A DNA stretch of 63,972 nt, filler included, from Basidioascus undulatus (Eukaryota), in assembly GCA_000826855.1 (NCBI GenBank). It is 9 parts of 9 records of this genome, joined end to end, with 100 filler letters (N's around TTAATTAATTAA, not from the genome) between each part and the next. Parts side by side here need not be neighbours in the genome. Positions count along the whole stretch, not along the records: positions 25,804 to 30,573 come from JTLS01002074.1; positions 30,674 to 35,440 come from JTLS01002075.1; positions 35,541 to 40,305 come from JTLS01002076.1; 6 more parts are not named here. One strand, 5' to 3'. This document shows positions 25,869 to 38,652 of this stretch, in pieces. The position numbers were made by a program, and so were the translations under genes. The notes beneath the pieces are model-generated. The model ran no database searches and was not told the DNA's origin. It was given only the letters and a program-made list of their open reading frames with translations. The stretch's first letter is position 1, and every line of letters starts with the position of its first letter.

Positions 25869-27111
25869 GGTGGGGAAGGTGTATTAGCGGATGGAGCATT
25901 TTGTAGCAACAGTCACGATCACGCTTGCATCGCGACTCATCTTGGTCTTCCAGGTGGTGCTACACCAGGTGTATGGGCTTGTAGGAGTACTGACCATCGG
26001 CAAGCTGTCCGTGAGCAGACCGCGACTGGCGAGCGTTACTGGCAGGGGGTCAAACGGCACTGCGCAGCGTGGCAGGGCATCACCGGCAATTTCTGACGCC
26101 CTTTCATAATAGTCGATGCTGCGCTGAATCTTGAGGGATAAGCGAGCATATGTGGATCTCTGATGCTCGACGGCAGGCCCGAGGGCTCTACTGGAAGCGG
26201 CGCGCTGCATGTGAGTTTCCGCTCGCAGCCTTGCAGCTGGCGATGAGAGTACTGGTCTCAAAATACAGAGATACTTTGGGAACTTGGAGTTTCTGAATAT
26301 TCAAATGACATATCGGAGTAAATCAAGAGTGCTAGTACCCCAAGAAGACAAGACATCGAGTCCACGCTGTCGTGCCGCTTGCGCCGCAACCGCCTAGTCA
26401 TGGCTCAAGAGCCAGCTCTCAGGAATGTGTAAGTAGTTCTCCTTCTAAAGTTTACCCTATTCCCCTACTGGAGTCGTCCGCCGGCTCGTCCGACGACGAG
26501 TCACCAAGCGACAGACCAGGCAGGCCCCCCAGACCCCATCATGTCGACCCGGACACCCACCCGAGGTACTCAAAACCCGACCGCTCGCGCTCCAAGGGCC
26601 ATTTCCGCCCCGATATTTCTACTTCTAACCACCGCCTCCCTGACGCAGAAGAGGGCTGCCCACCGCGCGGCCGAGACGCCCACGCCCTCGAAGAGCCCCA
26701 GCACTGTCGCGAGGTCGCTTCCGCTGAAGTCGAACGTGCGCCCGGACGGGCCTCATCGTGTCAGAGGTCCCAAACCTCCTCATCTTCCACAGTTTTTGAG
26801 GGGTCCGATCTGACCCAGTGAAGAACCCGCACGACACGCACCACGCAGGCGATGAGCATGTCTGAAAGCTTGCCCTCGCCCAGCGCTCGCATCGCTTCTG
26901 TACGGCGAGCAGGATGCGGCGTCCGTCCCGCATCGCGAGCATGCCTCCGATGAAGACGAGGTAGGTGGGCATGTACTCCCGATACTCTGGTTTTTCGTGA
27001 GGGACGTATCCCAGGCCATGACGTCTTCCGAGTCCCGCAGCGGCGCGGACTCTGACTTGGCATGCGCTTGCGGCGCAGGGAAGCGGTGAGCTCAATGAGG
27101 ATGTCGTCCAG

Positions 27112-28100
27112 ATGGCTACGCAAAACACCGTCAGCCGGCTATGGCGTTCGGTGAGTGCGCTGCTCCTACTATTTTTTCCGATCGCAGCCAAGCTGACTTC
27201 CGGTCTTTCGACTCTGCCGCATCTCTGCTTCCTCGACTTTGTACGCCCCGGCGGCCGACACGCCTTCAGAACAGAATGGGACTGCCCCTGTTCGCTTCAT
27301 TCGCTCCTCGCCGCTCTGCCGACGCTCAAGGGTCTTCGACTGCGGTTCTTCTACTCCGCATACTCTGGTCGTCAGCTACTTCCCGATAACCTCGAATCGA
27401 GCTTCCTCCCCCGCTTTCATACTCTCGAAACGTCGGACTGCTTGGCACTCGGCAACCTCATCGCCAGCTCGCGCTCCCTGCGCTATCTCAAGTTGTTCTC
27501 GATCGTCGCCAGCCGCCGCTAGAAGCTCGAGGCTAGCAACAGGCATCAAGATACGCTGCGCAGCTCGCATGTCACCGCGCTCGAGGTGTGCCTGTGGAGC
27601 CTCGAATCTTGGACCGATCGCGCAACTCCAATGCCGGCAAAGCTCTTCCCTAGCACCTCGGACCTTGCTATTGTCGTTGGAGGTGGATGGGTTGAGCTGG
27701 ATCAAAGAGTATGTGCATAGTATTCACTCCCGTCCCACGCGGCAATGGCTAATAGAGTTACCCGCGCACACAGGAGTCTCTCCCCGACGCACTGTCGAAA
27801 TTCGAGCACCTGAAGCATCTCACACTGCGCTCTGCAGAATGGGTGCTCCACCCTGGGGAGGACTCTCCGTTCATTGGCTTCCATACGTGTCCCGGTGGCC
27901 TTCCATACGAATTGTCGCGCAACTGTCCGTCGCTCGAGAGCATCGCTCTTCGGTGCAAATTCGACGGGCGGGGGTGGGGGAACGGCCCCGAGTTGCGTGA
28001 ATACGAGCAGGGCCGTTATCTTCTGCGGAGGGATCGCTGGGGACCGGCCGGGTTAGGTTTGTTGAGAAGCGTGTGTTCGTCAGGGAAGACGACAACGAAG
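27112..28100 (+). pseudogene. F-box/RNI-like LRR protein, degenerate
   Basis: LPTLKGLRLR, SLRYLKL, FEHLKHLTLR and CPSLESIALR LRR-like strands, with an in-frame TAG at 27520-27522. Confidence 0.45.
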
Positions 28101-30203
28101 GTCCCGAGCGTCTTATTCATTGGCTTTGAGTTGCGTCTTGTTCGAAGGCGATTCTGTTACGGATTGATGCAATTGGAGGGCCATGACGGTCGGGATAGGA
28201 TAAGCCATGGGTATTGCGGAAGACTTTCGAGCGAAAGCACAGGAGTGCTGGCAATCGTGTTCCTTGTACATGTCAACCCGGAAAACCAAGCCCAACTTGC
28301 TCCGCGAGGTCTTGCATCCACGGGCGGTGAGCGGCCCGCATCGCTTCTGTCACGGCTTTATCATCGTCGACGATGCTGAACATGCACTTGCTGAACGGCG
28401 GCTGCCCATGCCCCAGGAACCACACGCCGGTTAGCGTTCCCGAGCCACAGCAAGAGAGGCAAGAGTACTGCCTACTGCGAACCTGAAGGGTATCTGGAGG
28501 GTGAGACAGGAACCTGTGGTCACAAAGAAAGCCAAACCCGGGCGACTCCGCGTTGTGCGGGACCGCCTGCTGCCTGACCTCGCGCCACTCGGCGAGCTGT
28601 GGCATGGCGCACTCGAAGTCCTTGATCGTGTACAGACCCGTTCCAGGGACGTTACGGTGAGACGCTTGACGAGCGGCGGGTCTACCTCGCCGGCGCGCCA
28701 GTCGCGCCATCATGAGCACGCAGTCTTGGCCGGTGCAGCGGTGCTCGGGCACGCTGATGTCGAACGCGCGGTGATATCTGCGATGAGCGTGGTATGCTGC
28801 GCGATCCATTCGGAGAGGATTTGGTACCCCTTCCCAGGGGGCGAGGCCTGGCGGGCGGGGGATCATGGTTGGGGCGCTGAGGATCAGAGTCTGCGTCGTT
28901 GAAAGGGTGGTGTAAGCATCCAAACTGCACAATAGTAGGATCGAGAGTGATGCTCACAAGCGGATATATGAGGCCTGGCAATGACCAAGTATATGGAGGT
29001 GATGGTAAAAGCACAAGTATGGAGGCTGCGGCGGTTGAACCGGTGGACGAGCGGCGAGCGCAGGGAAAAGGACCATGAGCATGCTCCGCGCCCCCGCGCC
29101 GGAGGATCAACGAGACGTCCACCACGACATTTTATATTGGAATATATTCAGGCAATTAGCCATGTTTATGATGGGGGTACTCCGGCTGAGGGCTTAGGGA
29201 TCAAACACACACCTCAAACAGTAGATTTTCGACTGTGCCGTCGTGTCATTACGCAGATGTGCTTTTCACGAAAGGCCCACACGGTCAGCTCAGCGGACAC
29301 AAAACCATCCACAGCACTTTAAGCCCTGGGAGAAGATCCTCATGATCAGTCGGTGACGCTGTAGGTCCGGCGCACGACCTGTTGCGCAGTGCAGTTTGTC
29401 TCCTTATCTGTGGGAGCCGCACCTGCTAAGAAAGATTCGACTTTCTAAAATAGCAGGACTTACCATTTGCTTCTCCTGACATGCAGGAAAAGAGCGCTCC
29501 CCACGTGGTGTTTTCGCTGCCGTGACAGTCGCTCAGCCCTTGAAAAGGCTGAGGATGGATACACTTACTTCCCTCCTCTGTCCAATTTCACCTCCAATTT
29601 CACGAGGTACAGCATGTTAAGAACATCCATCTGATTCTCAAGCGGTGTTCTGATGTACGTAAGTCAAGTCGCTCTGAGCCGGCCTTTCGTCCTGCACCCG
29701 AATGGATCCCGTTTGCTCAATGCGTCCTGGCCCAAGGCGGCGGCTACTCATTGCCTAGTTAGTAGATTCTATCCACCGCCCGCACCCACCCGGCCTCGCA
29801 ACCACGTGGTACAGTAACACATGCATGCAATGCGGCGCGAGAAACCAACAAAGATGAAGACAAAGACAAAAGACAAAGCGACAGGCGATATGGGATCATA
29901 CAGTGGGAGGGTCTGGGAGTACAGACAGTGTGCGGAACAGTGCAAGGAGAGTCAGGGAGTGAGAGGAAGAGATGAACGATGCTGCGCGGGGCGGGAGGGG
30001 AGAGGGAAGGGGGGAAGGGAAGCGGACGACGACCCGGGATAGAAAAGATGCGGAAGGAAATGAAAGTGAAAGTGCGTTCGGCTGGTTGAGGGAGGAAAGA
30101 AGGAACGGAAAGTAGGACCGAGTGACCGCGGAAGAGTTCGTTTTACAATGTCAGGGAGAAACAGCCAGTAAACAAAAGAATGTGGGATCCCCCTTGCTGA
30201 AGC

Positions 30204-30573
30204 TCACCCGAACAGATTCCTCCACCACTCCACGAACCGCTCCCACCACCCGCCCTTCCATCCTGCAATCCTCTCGCCCTCCTCCCGCCTTTCCACGCCC
30301 ACCCTACCCGTCGCGCTCCGCACCCACCCATCGTCGCCCTCCTCCAACCCCACTTCCACCTTCCCCCCGCGCGGCAGGCGCACGCGCAGCGCGCGGACAT
30401 CGCGCTTCACGAATGCGGGAAAACCGCGTGCGAGGGCGTGCACTTCGGGGTTGGAGATGTGCGGGGGGGCGTGCCAGACTCTCGTCTGTGGGGGAGAAGG
30501 ACAGGGGGAGGGTGGAGGGACGCACGAAGGTCTCGCAGGAGAACTTGGTTATGTGCCGAAGCCAGTTGGAGAG
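30204..30573 (-). CDS. 3' end of an unidentified spliced gene
   Basis: NWLRHITKFSCETF | GTGCGT..CACAG intron | TRVWHAPPHISNPEVHALARGFPAF..WWERFVEWWRNLFG*. The frame is preserved across a canonical intron. Confidence 0.55.
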
Positions 30574-30673
30574 NNNNNNNNNNNNNNNNNNNNNNNNNNN
30601 NNNNNNNNNNNNNNNNNTTAATTAATTAANNNNNNNNNNNNNNNNNNNNNNNNNNNNNNNNNNNNNNNNNNNN
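30574..30673. other. Artificial contig linker
   Basis: N44-TTAATTAATTAA-N44. Confidence 0.98.
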
Positions 30674-30674
30674 A

Positions 30675-30747
30675 AGCCCCACGCGGGGGTCGAACCCGCA
30701 GCCTTGAGATTAAGAGTCTCACGCTCTACCGATTGAGCTAGCGAGGC
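30675..30747 (-). tRNA. tRNA-Lys(CTT)
   Basis: GCCTCGCTAGCTCAATCGGTAGAGCG-TGAGA-CTCTTAA-TCTCA-AGGCTGCGGGTTCGACCCCCGCGTGGGGCT forms a full 73-nt cloverleaf. Confidence 0.95.
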
Positions 30748-30884
30748 TTGATGCTCAATACAGTCTCAATAACGTAAGTAAAACAGATGTTTCTCCCGCT
30801 TCATGTTCCTCCCGCCTCTTCGAGACCCCGCTTCATCCCACCCTCGTTCTTTGCTCTCCACTTCCGCCGCCCATCCCATTCGAC

Positions 30885-31907
30885 ATGCCAGCTCCTCAAC
30901 TCCCCAAGAGGTCTGGTCCCGCATATTTGAGCTCGTGATTGATGGGAGCCCGAACAACGGGACGGCGGTGTCGAACCCGGGCGCGAATATCGCCCTGGTC
31001 TGCCGGTCCTGGAATGTGAGTTTGCCTTCGTGCATCGGGTGCTGAAATAGTTGACATGCTATGACTGAACATCCGCACGCAGCATCTTTCTGAGCCACAT
31101 CGCTACCGCTCCGTGTGTCTCTCGGGCAGGCACTCGTTTCCATGCTTTGACTACATCCTCGTCCACCTCGATCTTGCGGGACATCAGCCCCTACGGCACA
31201 CTCTACCGCTCTCCATTGACATGCTTGACGAGCCCGACTACCAAATGCTCTATGGGACTATGCTTGTCCGTATTCTTTGCCTCACTCGCCAACTCCAGCG
31301 AGCTACACAACCAATGCACGCTGACTTCGCTCCCGCTTTTGGTGGACCCCAATAATCCCAAAGCCTCGGCTTTCTGCTTCTGAGCGAGCTTCAGGACCTT
31401 GAGTTGAAGCTCGTGAAAAATGACGAGGCGTCTGGCGCTGCCATGGACGAGCCTTCCTTCTCCGCCGCCCGACCTTTCAATCTTGCTAAATTTCGACGGT
31501 TCGGGCTGTTCATTTCAGCCGATGATGACGTTGGCGAAGTTGTACAGATTTTTGCGCGTGGCCGCTTTCCCGCTTTGGACGACATTCGCTTTGGGCACGG
31601 CACTCCTGCTGAAGTACTCCTCCCGATCATGCGGTCACATGGGTCTTTAGTCCGCCAGCTGAGGCGCTCTTGCTGATGCTGGAGCTCCAAATGCTCTTCC
31701 TTGAGTTCCAACTTGCTTGTACTCGTCGTGTCGGTGCGCAGGCGATGGAGCTGCCGTAGCCAGTCCAACTCGAGTCGCGCCGTGCGTGCGCTATACAAAG
31801 CTCTTCAAGTTCGAATCTGTGTTTCGTACTCAGTACGGAGTGCTTCTCATTCCAATTTCAAACAAGCGACGAGTAAACCCCGGCATTGTCTGTCAGATCT
31901 TTCTTGA
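30885..31907 (+). pseudogene. F-box-like protein, degenerate
   Basis: MPAPQLP/(frameshift)QEVWSRIFELV..NIALVCRSWN, LSELQDLELKL, FPALDDIRF, with stops and frameshifts. Confidence 0.55.
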
Positions 31908-33376
31908 AAAGTCACCACGAGACTCGACCCACCGCATTGGTGCCGGGGGGGTTTAATGTACTAATCCGTGACTGATGTGTAATATGCGCCCCTTTCTGTG
32001 TAGATAGACCAACCTGAACTTGGCGTCTGTTGTGGGACAGAACTGGAAACGCAGGGAGGAAAGGGGTAAGATGAAGGAATGGCAACTACCTTGAGACTTT
32101 TGTATCGCCGTAGACAGAAAGATATCACCATTTGGTTAACATTCCGCCTTGTGCTGTGCTCCTGCTCTGACACCTGCAGACGACTTGTGCAACTTGGCTC
32201 TCGCCATGGCAGCGCAAGCGTAAGTGTCACCCCCAACTGGAATGAGGGGCTCAGCGCAGATTGTCTCCGGGTAATGAGTCTTCTAAGGCACAGCCTACAT
32301 GTTAACATTAATGCTTGGTCTCGGAGAGCTACATGGAATGCCATCACGTTCAGCTGCGCTGCACGTTTCAGCTGGGCCTTTTCGACGGAAATAATCACTG
32401 ACTTGCGATCTAAGATAAAGCGTATCCTATGTTTGATTTTATTGCCTTCCGAAAGTGAAAATAAAGCAAGGAGAACGGAGAACCCTATATGGTCGCTCTA
32501 CTGATGGTCACGCCGGCCATCGCTGCAGCTGGCGGCCATGCAGCTTGTGCTCACTACCTCACCTGTCGGGATTTCTCGCCCAGCATCCCAAACCCCAAGC
32601 TTGTCTTATAGAGGCAATTTTCAAACACAGCGGGAGTCTAGAAAGCAGCCCATCTCGGAGGGGAGGGACGTCTTCGATTTGAAGAGGCTGACCCGCTGCG
32701 ACGGTAAGACCGCGATACCCTTAATCAGGCCTGTACCATACCAGAAGAAAAAATCAGTAGGAACACGAGCCCTCATTGTCCTTTCGAGCAGGAAATTATC
32801 GCTCAGAACTTAAATCTCCCAGAACACAGCCCAAGCCAAGTCGGAGGCTCGTCCGCAGGCAGCTGCCGGTGACCATCCGGGACTTCACAGGGAGCTGAGC
32901 TGAAAGTTTGTCGACGGCTCTCCTGCCTCCTTTGGTTCTTGTTGAGGAGACGCTGGATGAAGCTGCCTGGACGATAATGATAATTTTCACCGTATAGGTC
33001 GGCGCAGAAGACGCAAAAAAAAAAACATGATCGCCGTCGACCAGACTGCGCAGCTCATTGCGCTAGGAGTTCACCATATTAAGCCGCTCGATCAGCCCCA
33101 TAGAAAATTATTAGCAGGCGCGACTGATCGGCGGCCTGCCGCCACCGTACTCTAAATAGCGACTATACTACACGAGGCTGGGCAGAGCGCGACTCCACTC
33201 TTGGCCAGCCCTCGGTCGACCGGCAAGCAGCTCGCACTTCGTAACTGCCCCTTGCCCTCCGCCCGCCATCCACTCCTGTGTCTTCCTTACGCTCTCGCAT
33301 CCCGCCGCCCGCCGCCTAGTCGCTCCTTCTCATCCCCGCCAGGAACCTAAAGGAAACTTTTGAGACTCGTCTGACC

Positions 33377-34133
33377 ATGCGCCTCCCCCTCCTCGCCGTC
33401 CTCTCCGCCTCGCTCGCCCCGCTCGCGCTCGCGCAGCTCGAGCAATGGACAGACGCCGCGGGCAACACCGTGTACGGCTCTGTCGCGTACGGTGCGGACC
33501 TGCCGGGCGGTCTGCCTAACCCCACCCAGAGCTATCCTTCGTGAGTAGTCCCGAATCCCGGTGTGCCGGTGGGAGCAGGGGCTGAGCCGGACGGGCGGGG
33601 GATAGGACGACCGTCCTCGCGGGTGGGGCGGCCGCGACAGGGACGTCTTCGACCCAGAGCTCGCGGTCGAGCTCGTCGTCCACCACTCTTGCGGCGGACT
33701 TGACCACTGTGAGTTGCAGATGCGAAAGCTGGGAGAGAGAGAGAGCTGGCGGTGCTGATGAGCAAGCCGAGCAGACCTCGACCCCGGCCGCTTCCACCAC
33801 GCCGGTCTATGACGACGCCGACACCAGTGCGCTTCCCTTCCTCACACCTCCTTGCACGCCTTCCCACTCACACACGGGGCCCATACAGCCGCCCCCGCAA
33901 GCACGACCTCCTCCCGTCGCGGGGGATCCAACGCGCAGACGACGGCCGTCGCGGACGCGACGACGACGACGCGCACGGACCCGACCGTGTGGAACTACTC
34001 GGACTGGCTTAAGGCGCAGCAGACCGCCATGAGCGGCCGGGGGTCGAACGGCGCGACGGTCGCGGCGGGCCGCCCCGCGAGCGCCGCGCTCGCGCTCGTC
34101 GGTGCGTTCGTGGGCGCCATGCTGGTCGCGTAG
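33377..34133 (+). CDS. Small secreted Ser/Thr-rich, probably GPI-anchored protein (4 exons)
   Basis: Signal peptide MRLPLLAVLSASLAPLALA, Ser/Thr-rich body, PTVWNYSDWLK, then a hydrophobic tail after SNGA (..AALALVGAFVGAMLVA*). All three introns are GT-AG and keep the frame. Confidence 0.8.
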
Positions 34134-35440
34134 AGAAAGATGGGCGGGCTCTTCCTTTTCCCTGTTCCTCCCTCTGTCTCTCTTTCTCATCGCCGGCTAA
34201 TGGGCTCCCCCTCTCTCCCCATCCTCTTCCGGACGGACCTTTCTCCCCCTTCGCACTTGCCACCCTCCGCTCGCATCTCCCCGTATACGCATTTTGTTCT
34301 CTCCCTCGGGACTTCCGGAACGAACATCTTTTGATTACTTACTTTGCATCTCTCTTCGTCTCTCTTACTCTCCTCCCACACGTACTCTAGCACGACCTCA
34401 CCGATATGCACGCCTTGTTGTTCTCTTGCCTGAGCGTGGGAAGGCGGCCAGCAAGCCATCTCTCGCCTCGCGCGTCGCAATCAGCTACTTGCTGACGCGC
34501 CTTGCGCACGGGGCAGCACAGCCGACCTTGAGCTTCGTCAGTTTGTTCACGATGGCAGCGGACGATGGATGATCGTCCTTGAAGAGGAGGTGCACACGCT
34601 CGGGCAGACTGCAGGCACGCCTCGCAGCCTCGTGTATATCTTGACGCTCGCTCGGTTCCTGGCACAATGCATCGTCCGTTTCCGCACGCAATAGACTGCG
34701 GGAGTGCTCAGAGGAGGTCAGGACTACCGCATTCAGGAGTAGCGCAACTGCTGCGGGTTGCGCAGAGAATGGAGCGAAGGTCCGCGGATGGGGCGCGGAC
34801 AACAACGGTTGGGAAGGGGTGTTCCGTTCGCCTTTGCCGTTCAAATAAATGTGCATATTTTGCCGCCTGCCAGAAAATCATAATGGTGTAAATCAGTGTA
34901 TGGAAACGGAGGCTCAAAAAGCGAGTGCAGAAATTGTGTTGGATCTCGGCGAGGTTCATGATGCAAGCAAGAAGGCGCGTCGTGCATGTTGCCTCTTGCC
35001 CTCGACCCATCGCCTTCTCCGCGCGGTCTTCCCATGGCCTCCTCCGCAGCGCCACCGGCCACCCCAGAGCCTACATCAGCCTTCTCAAGCAGAATTACAA
35101 AGTCCGTCCCCGTCCCATCCGCTCTCACCGTCCAGCACCATGCTCACCGACGACCCCACCGCCCCGCCAGGCGCAAGCTCGACGACGCCATCTCCCTCCT
35201 CGACGCGGCCTTCCGCGAGCCCGAAGCAGTCCCGCGTTCCTATGCTTCTGGAGAATCCAGGAAGCGCGCGCTGCTGGCGGACTCGGGCGGGCTCGGACGC
35301 GAGCTGAGGAGGTGGGAGCTGGAGCGCGGGAGGAGGAAGCCCGCTCCTTCTGGCGCGGGCGTTGGCGTTGGATTCAAAGGGAAGGAAAAGGGAAAAACGT
35401 GCATTTCTCTGTGCTTTTCACTATTCCTCTCATGGCAGAC

Positions 35441-35540
35441 NNNNNNNNNNNNNNNNNNNNNNNNNNNNNNNNNNNNNNNNNNNNTTAATTAATTAANNNN
35501 NNNNNNNNNNNNNNNNNNNNNNNNNNNNNNNNNNNNNNNN
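35441..35540. other. Artificial contig linker
   Basis: N44-TTAATTAATTAA-N44. Confidence 0.98.
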
Positions 35541-35619
35541 CCATTCTACCCCCCCTCCCCGCCGCCCATCCAGACCTCGTTCTCGCTCTGCCTTTCTCAC
35601 ACCGCACCCCCTTCCGCAG

Positions 35620-36221
35620 TCCTCCAACTGGCAGCAATGAGCGTCTTCACCATCCTGGGGTTCGAGTTCACGCTCCGGCTTGTGTACGACTGGCCCGTCT
35701 CGGCGCCCGCGTCCGGCGAGCCCGAGGGCGACGAGCGCCCGCTTATGCATGCGGACGTCCGCACGCGGAGGAAGCAGCAGGCGCTGCTGTTCATGGTGCT
35801 GTTCACGACGCTGCTTGTGTTCGTGCGGTGTAGGTGTCTTCGTTCTCGGCTATCGGAAAACGTTAGTTACTTAATGGCGTACTTCGTTTCAGCGTTCTAC
35901 CGTGTGGTAGAACTGGCAGAGTAAGACCTCTCTTTGTCCTCCTTGCGTCTCTGGAAGGTCCAATCTGACGGGTATGCGGACGCAGTGGCTGGACGGGCAC
36001 CGTCATCCGCACCGAGCTCTACTTCGAGTGCGTTTCCTTCTACCCCAAACACGTTAACAAGCCTCCTTAACTCACCATCCTCTTGCCCTGACAGTGCGCT
36101 GGACGGCTTCCCGATCGTCACCGCCATGTGGGTTGCGAACATCCTCCCGCCCGCCTTCCTCCTCCACCGCGCCTCTTCCAAGCGCCTCTCGGCCTCGTCG
36201 GAGAAGGCTGTAGACGCTTAG
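35620..36221 (+). CDS. RTA1/Rsb1-like lipid-translocating exporter, C-terminal part
   Basis: VLQLAAMSVFTILGFEF, LLVFVR/AFYRVVELA, GTVIRTELYF, LDGFPIVTAMWVANILPP. The 5' part is lost at the contig edge. Confidence 0.8.
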
Positions 36222-36576
36222 ATTAGATATTTTAGTCTGTAATGTATTGATGGACGCTTAAATTCGGACAGCCTCAGTCTGCACTGGCGGGGTGGGCTCG
36301 TAAGACAACGGTTGCCACCCTGAACTGCCTCTCCTGTTCAATTCTTCGGTTTCTGTCTATCGACCTTTATTTTGGGATGCTCAGATCCTCTTTATCCCAT
36401 GTTCCTCGTACGCAGTACATCCAGGACATATTCAGGACCCTCGGTAATCACATCTGCGTGGTGTTCTCTCCCGCCAGCCGCTGCCGCTCGTCGCCAGCTC
36501 GGCCTGGTTGCCTTTGGCCTGCTTCGTCTGCTGTAGTTGTAAGATGTGAATGAAGGGTTTTTAGGAAAAAAAATTC

Positions 36577-36677
36577 TGCTCCCTGCCAGGCTCGAACTGG
36601 CGACCTTTGGATGTCCCTTCTCAAGGAGAGTTCATATTTCTATGAGACCACTGCGATACCAACTTCGCCAAGGAAGC
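36577..36677 (-). tRNA. Elongator tRNA-Met(CAT) with a 28-nt intron (36613-36640)
   Basis: GCTTCCT..AGGGAGC acceptor stem, D arm GCGA/TCGC, CTCATA followed by an intron at the canonical 37/38 position, T arm GCCAG-TTCGAGC-CTGGC, and a downstream T8 Pol III terminator. Confidence 0.9.
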
Positions 36678-37899
36678 TCTCTGACAAAAGTCGTTTTTAA
36701 TTTCTTGTCAGTCTTGCTTACAAAGGAACCATTTGTTTCTTCACAGTGTGAGAATGTCCTGTTGCGAAAACACGGAAAGGACTGAGCAGAGTCCATGTGG
36801 ATCAAGGCCTCCACGTTTCCTCCGATCCAATACAGGAAATCGCCGAGTCTGGACGAGCAAGGTCGGTGAAGGGACCAGTCTTCTGAGATACATATTCCTC
36901 TTACTGACCCGTGGGGTCAATCGCAGAGGCATATGCAATTACGTATGGGGAGTGCTCGCAGCCGCATGGCTGACCTCTCAGAAGTGCAAAGGAAGACGCT
37001 GTTGAGCGGAGGCGGCCACAGGCGCCGCGCCGCATCAATGGCCCTCTCTTCCTTCACTGCAATTTTATAGAGCCTCTTCGTTCAGTAGAAACAGGCCGTA
37101 TTGGAGTCGTAAATATCCCGGAAAATAGGCAAAGCCGCACCGACTGGGAAAGCTTTCATGGCCGACGTCGTTACACATTGGACGACGCCCTCCGTCGACC
37201 ATTCTCTCATTTCATGGGGGTATTCTGAAGACATTTTAACTTTCGAAAGTTCCCACAATAGAGGATTCTGAACCTTATTTACTCCATAGCTTGCTGAGTT
37301 CCCGCGCAATGCTCAAGTGGCAGCCCCACGTTCGTCAGAGCAATAGGGACGGCGCCTTGAGTGGCTCGATTGTCCTACTAGTCATTTTTGTACTTATAGT
37401 GGCGGTCGCCTGTCCCAGCTCTGAGTCTATGCATGTTGTATAACTGCAGGGTGAGAGGCTGCCATACTGAGCGCCCCAGACACCCTCGCCGAAACTCCGC
37501 AAAGATGCACAGCCATGTTTGTTTGCTCGTCTAGAGATGCAACCCTACTACACACTCAGAAAAAAACTATGGTAGGCAAATTTTATCGCGCCGCTCAGTT
37601 GCCCGTGCGGCCCGCGTCCGGTGACTCCACTCCAATGGCTCTCCCACCTACATGATGTACAGGATTTCATGACACAAACCTCTGCCTTTTCTTCATCCCA
37701 TAGTCAGCTTTGTTGAATTGCAGCGCCGTCTCGGTCTCGACGGTTGAGGGTCAAACAGACGCGGTTCATCAAAGAAACTTAGATTTGCTCCGTATGCCCA
37801 AGTAGGACCAAGGAAAGTTACCACCGGTCCCACTTGGCCAAAGGGGCTCCCCAGTCCCCCTACCCTTCCAGCTTCCATGGAGTTCCGTCGACGGTCCCA

Positions 37900-38652
37900 T
37901 CAACCACTGGATTCGACCCCGTTATACGCCAAGACCACCACCTTGACTTTGTATGCTTCAGGCAACGCATTTCTTATCATGGCGGGAGACCTCCAGTTCG
38001 CCAGATCCACCGCAAGTGCATTCTCGACATAGACGCCAAGAATGAGCTTGCACAGCCCGGGCGCGGCAGTCAGGAACCTTGAGACATCTGGGAGGTATGG
38101 CTCGCGATGCACGTCGGCGGGAATAAACAGCGATATGCGTGAGGCACGGCGTTCCGAGGAACTTTTCCACCTCGTGCGGACGATAGAAATCGATATCCGA
38201 CGCCACAAGGCGCTTGATTGTCTGCGACGCAAATGCAGATAACTCATAAAGGACATGGGGCGGGAAGGAACACTCTTCCAGAGTGAGAGAAGGGTTGTGG
38301 TCGCGCGGCGGGTCATCGTACTTGCAGAGGCGCCGCAGGCTCGTCATTCCCGAAAGAAGAACGCCATACTCTCTATCGGAAGGGCAGACGTAGCCATTTT
38401 CGAGGAGCAGTGAGTGAGAGCAAGAAGATGCGGTTTCGTTTCCGTGTGTTGATTAGCTTCGACATCTGCTTGTCGCTTGACACAGTGATGTAAGAGTAAA
38501 GCAGTGTCGTTGCAAGCGCGTTGAATGAGCGTGACACAAGGCAAAGGGAAGCGAGGTTGGCTTGATCCCTTTCGTAGGCGAACCGGTGCGAGGGAGCGCC
38601 GACCTCGGAGATGATGAGGGCGTGGATCTCGGGGAAGAGGCGGGAGGACCAT
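37900..38652 (-). pseudogene. F-box-like protein, degenerate
   Basis: MVLPPL/(frameshift)PEIHALIISEV..NLASLCLVSRSFNALATTLLYSYITV, MTSLRRL, PCLTHIAV, PGLCKLIL, with several frame changes. Confidence 0.6.
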
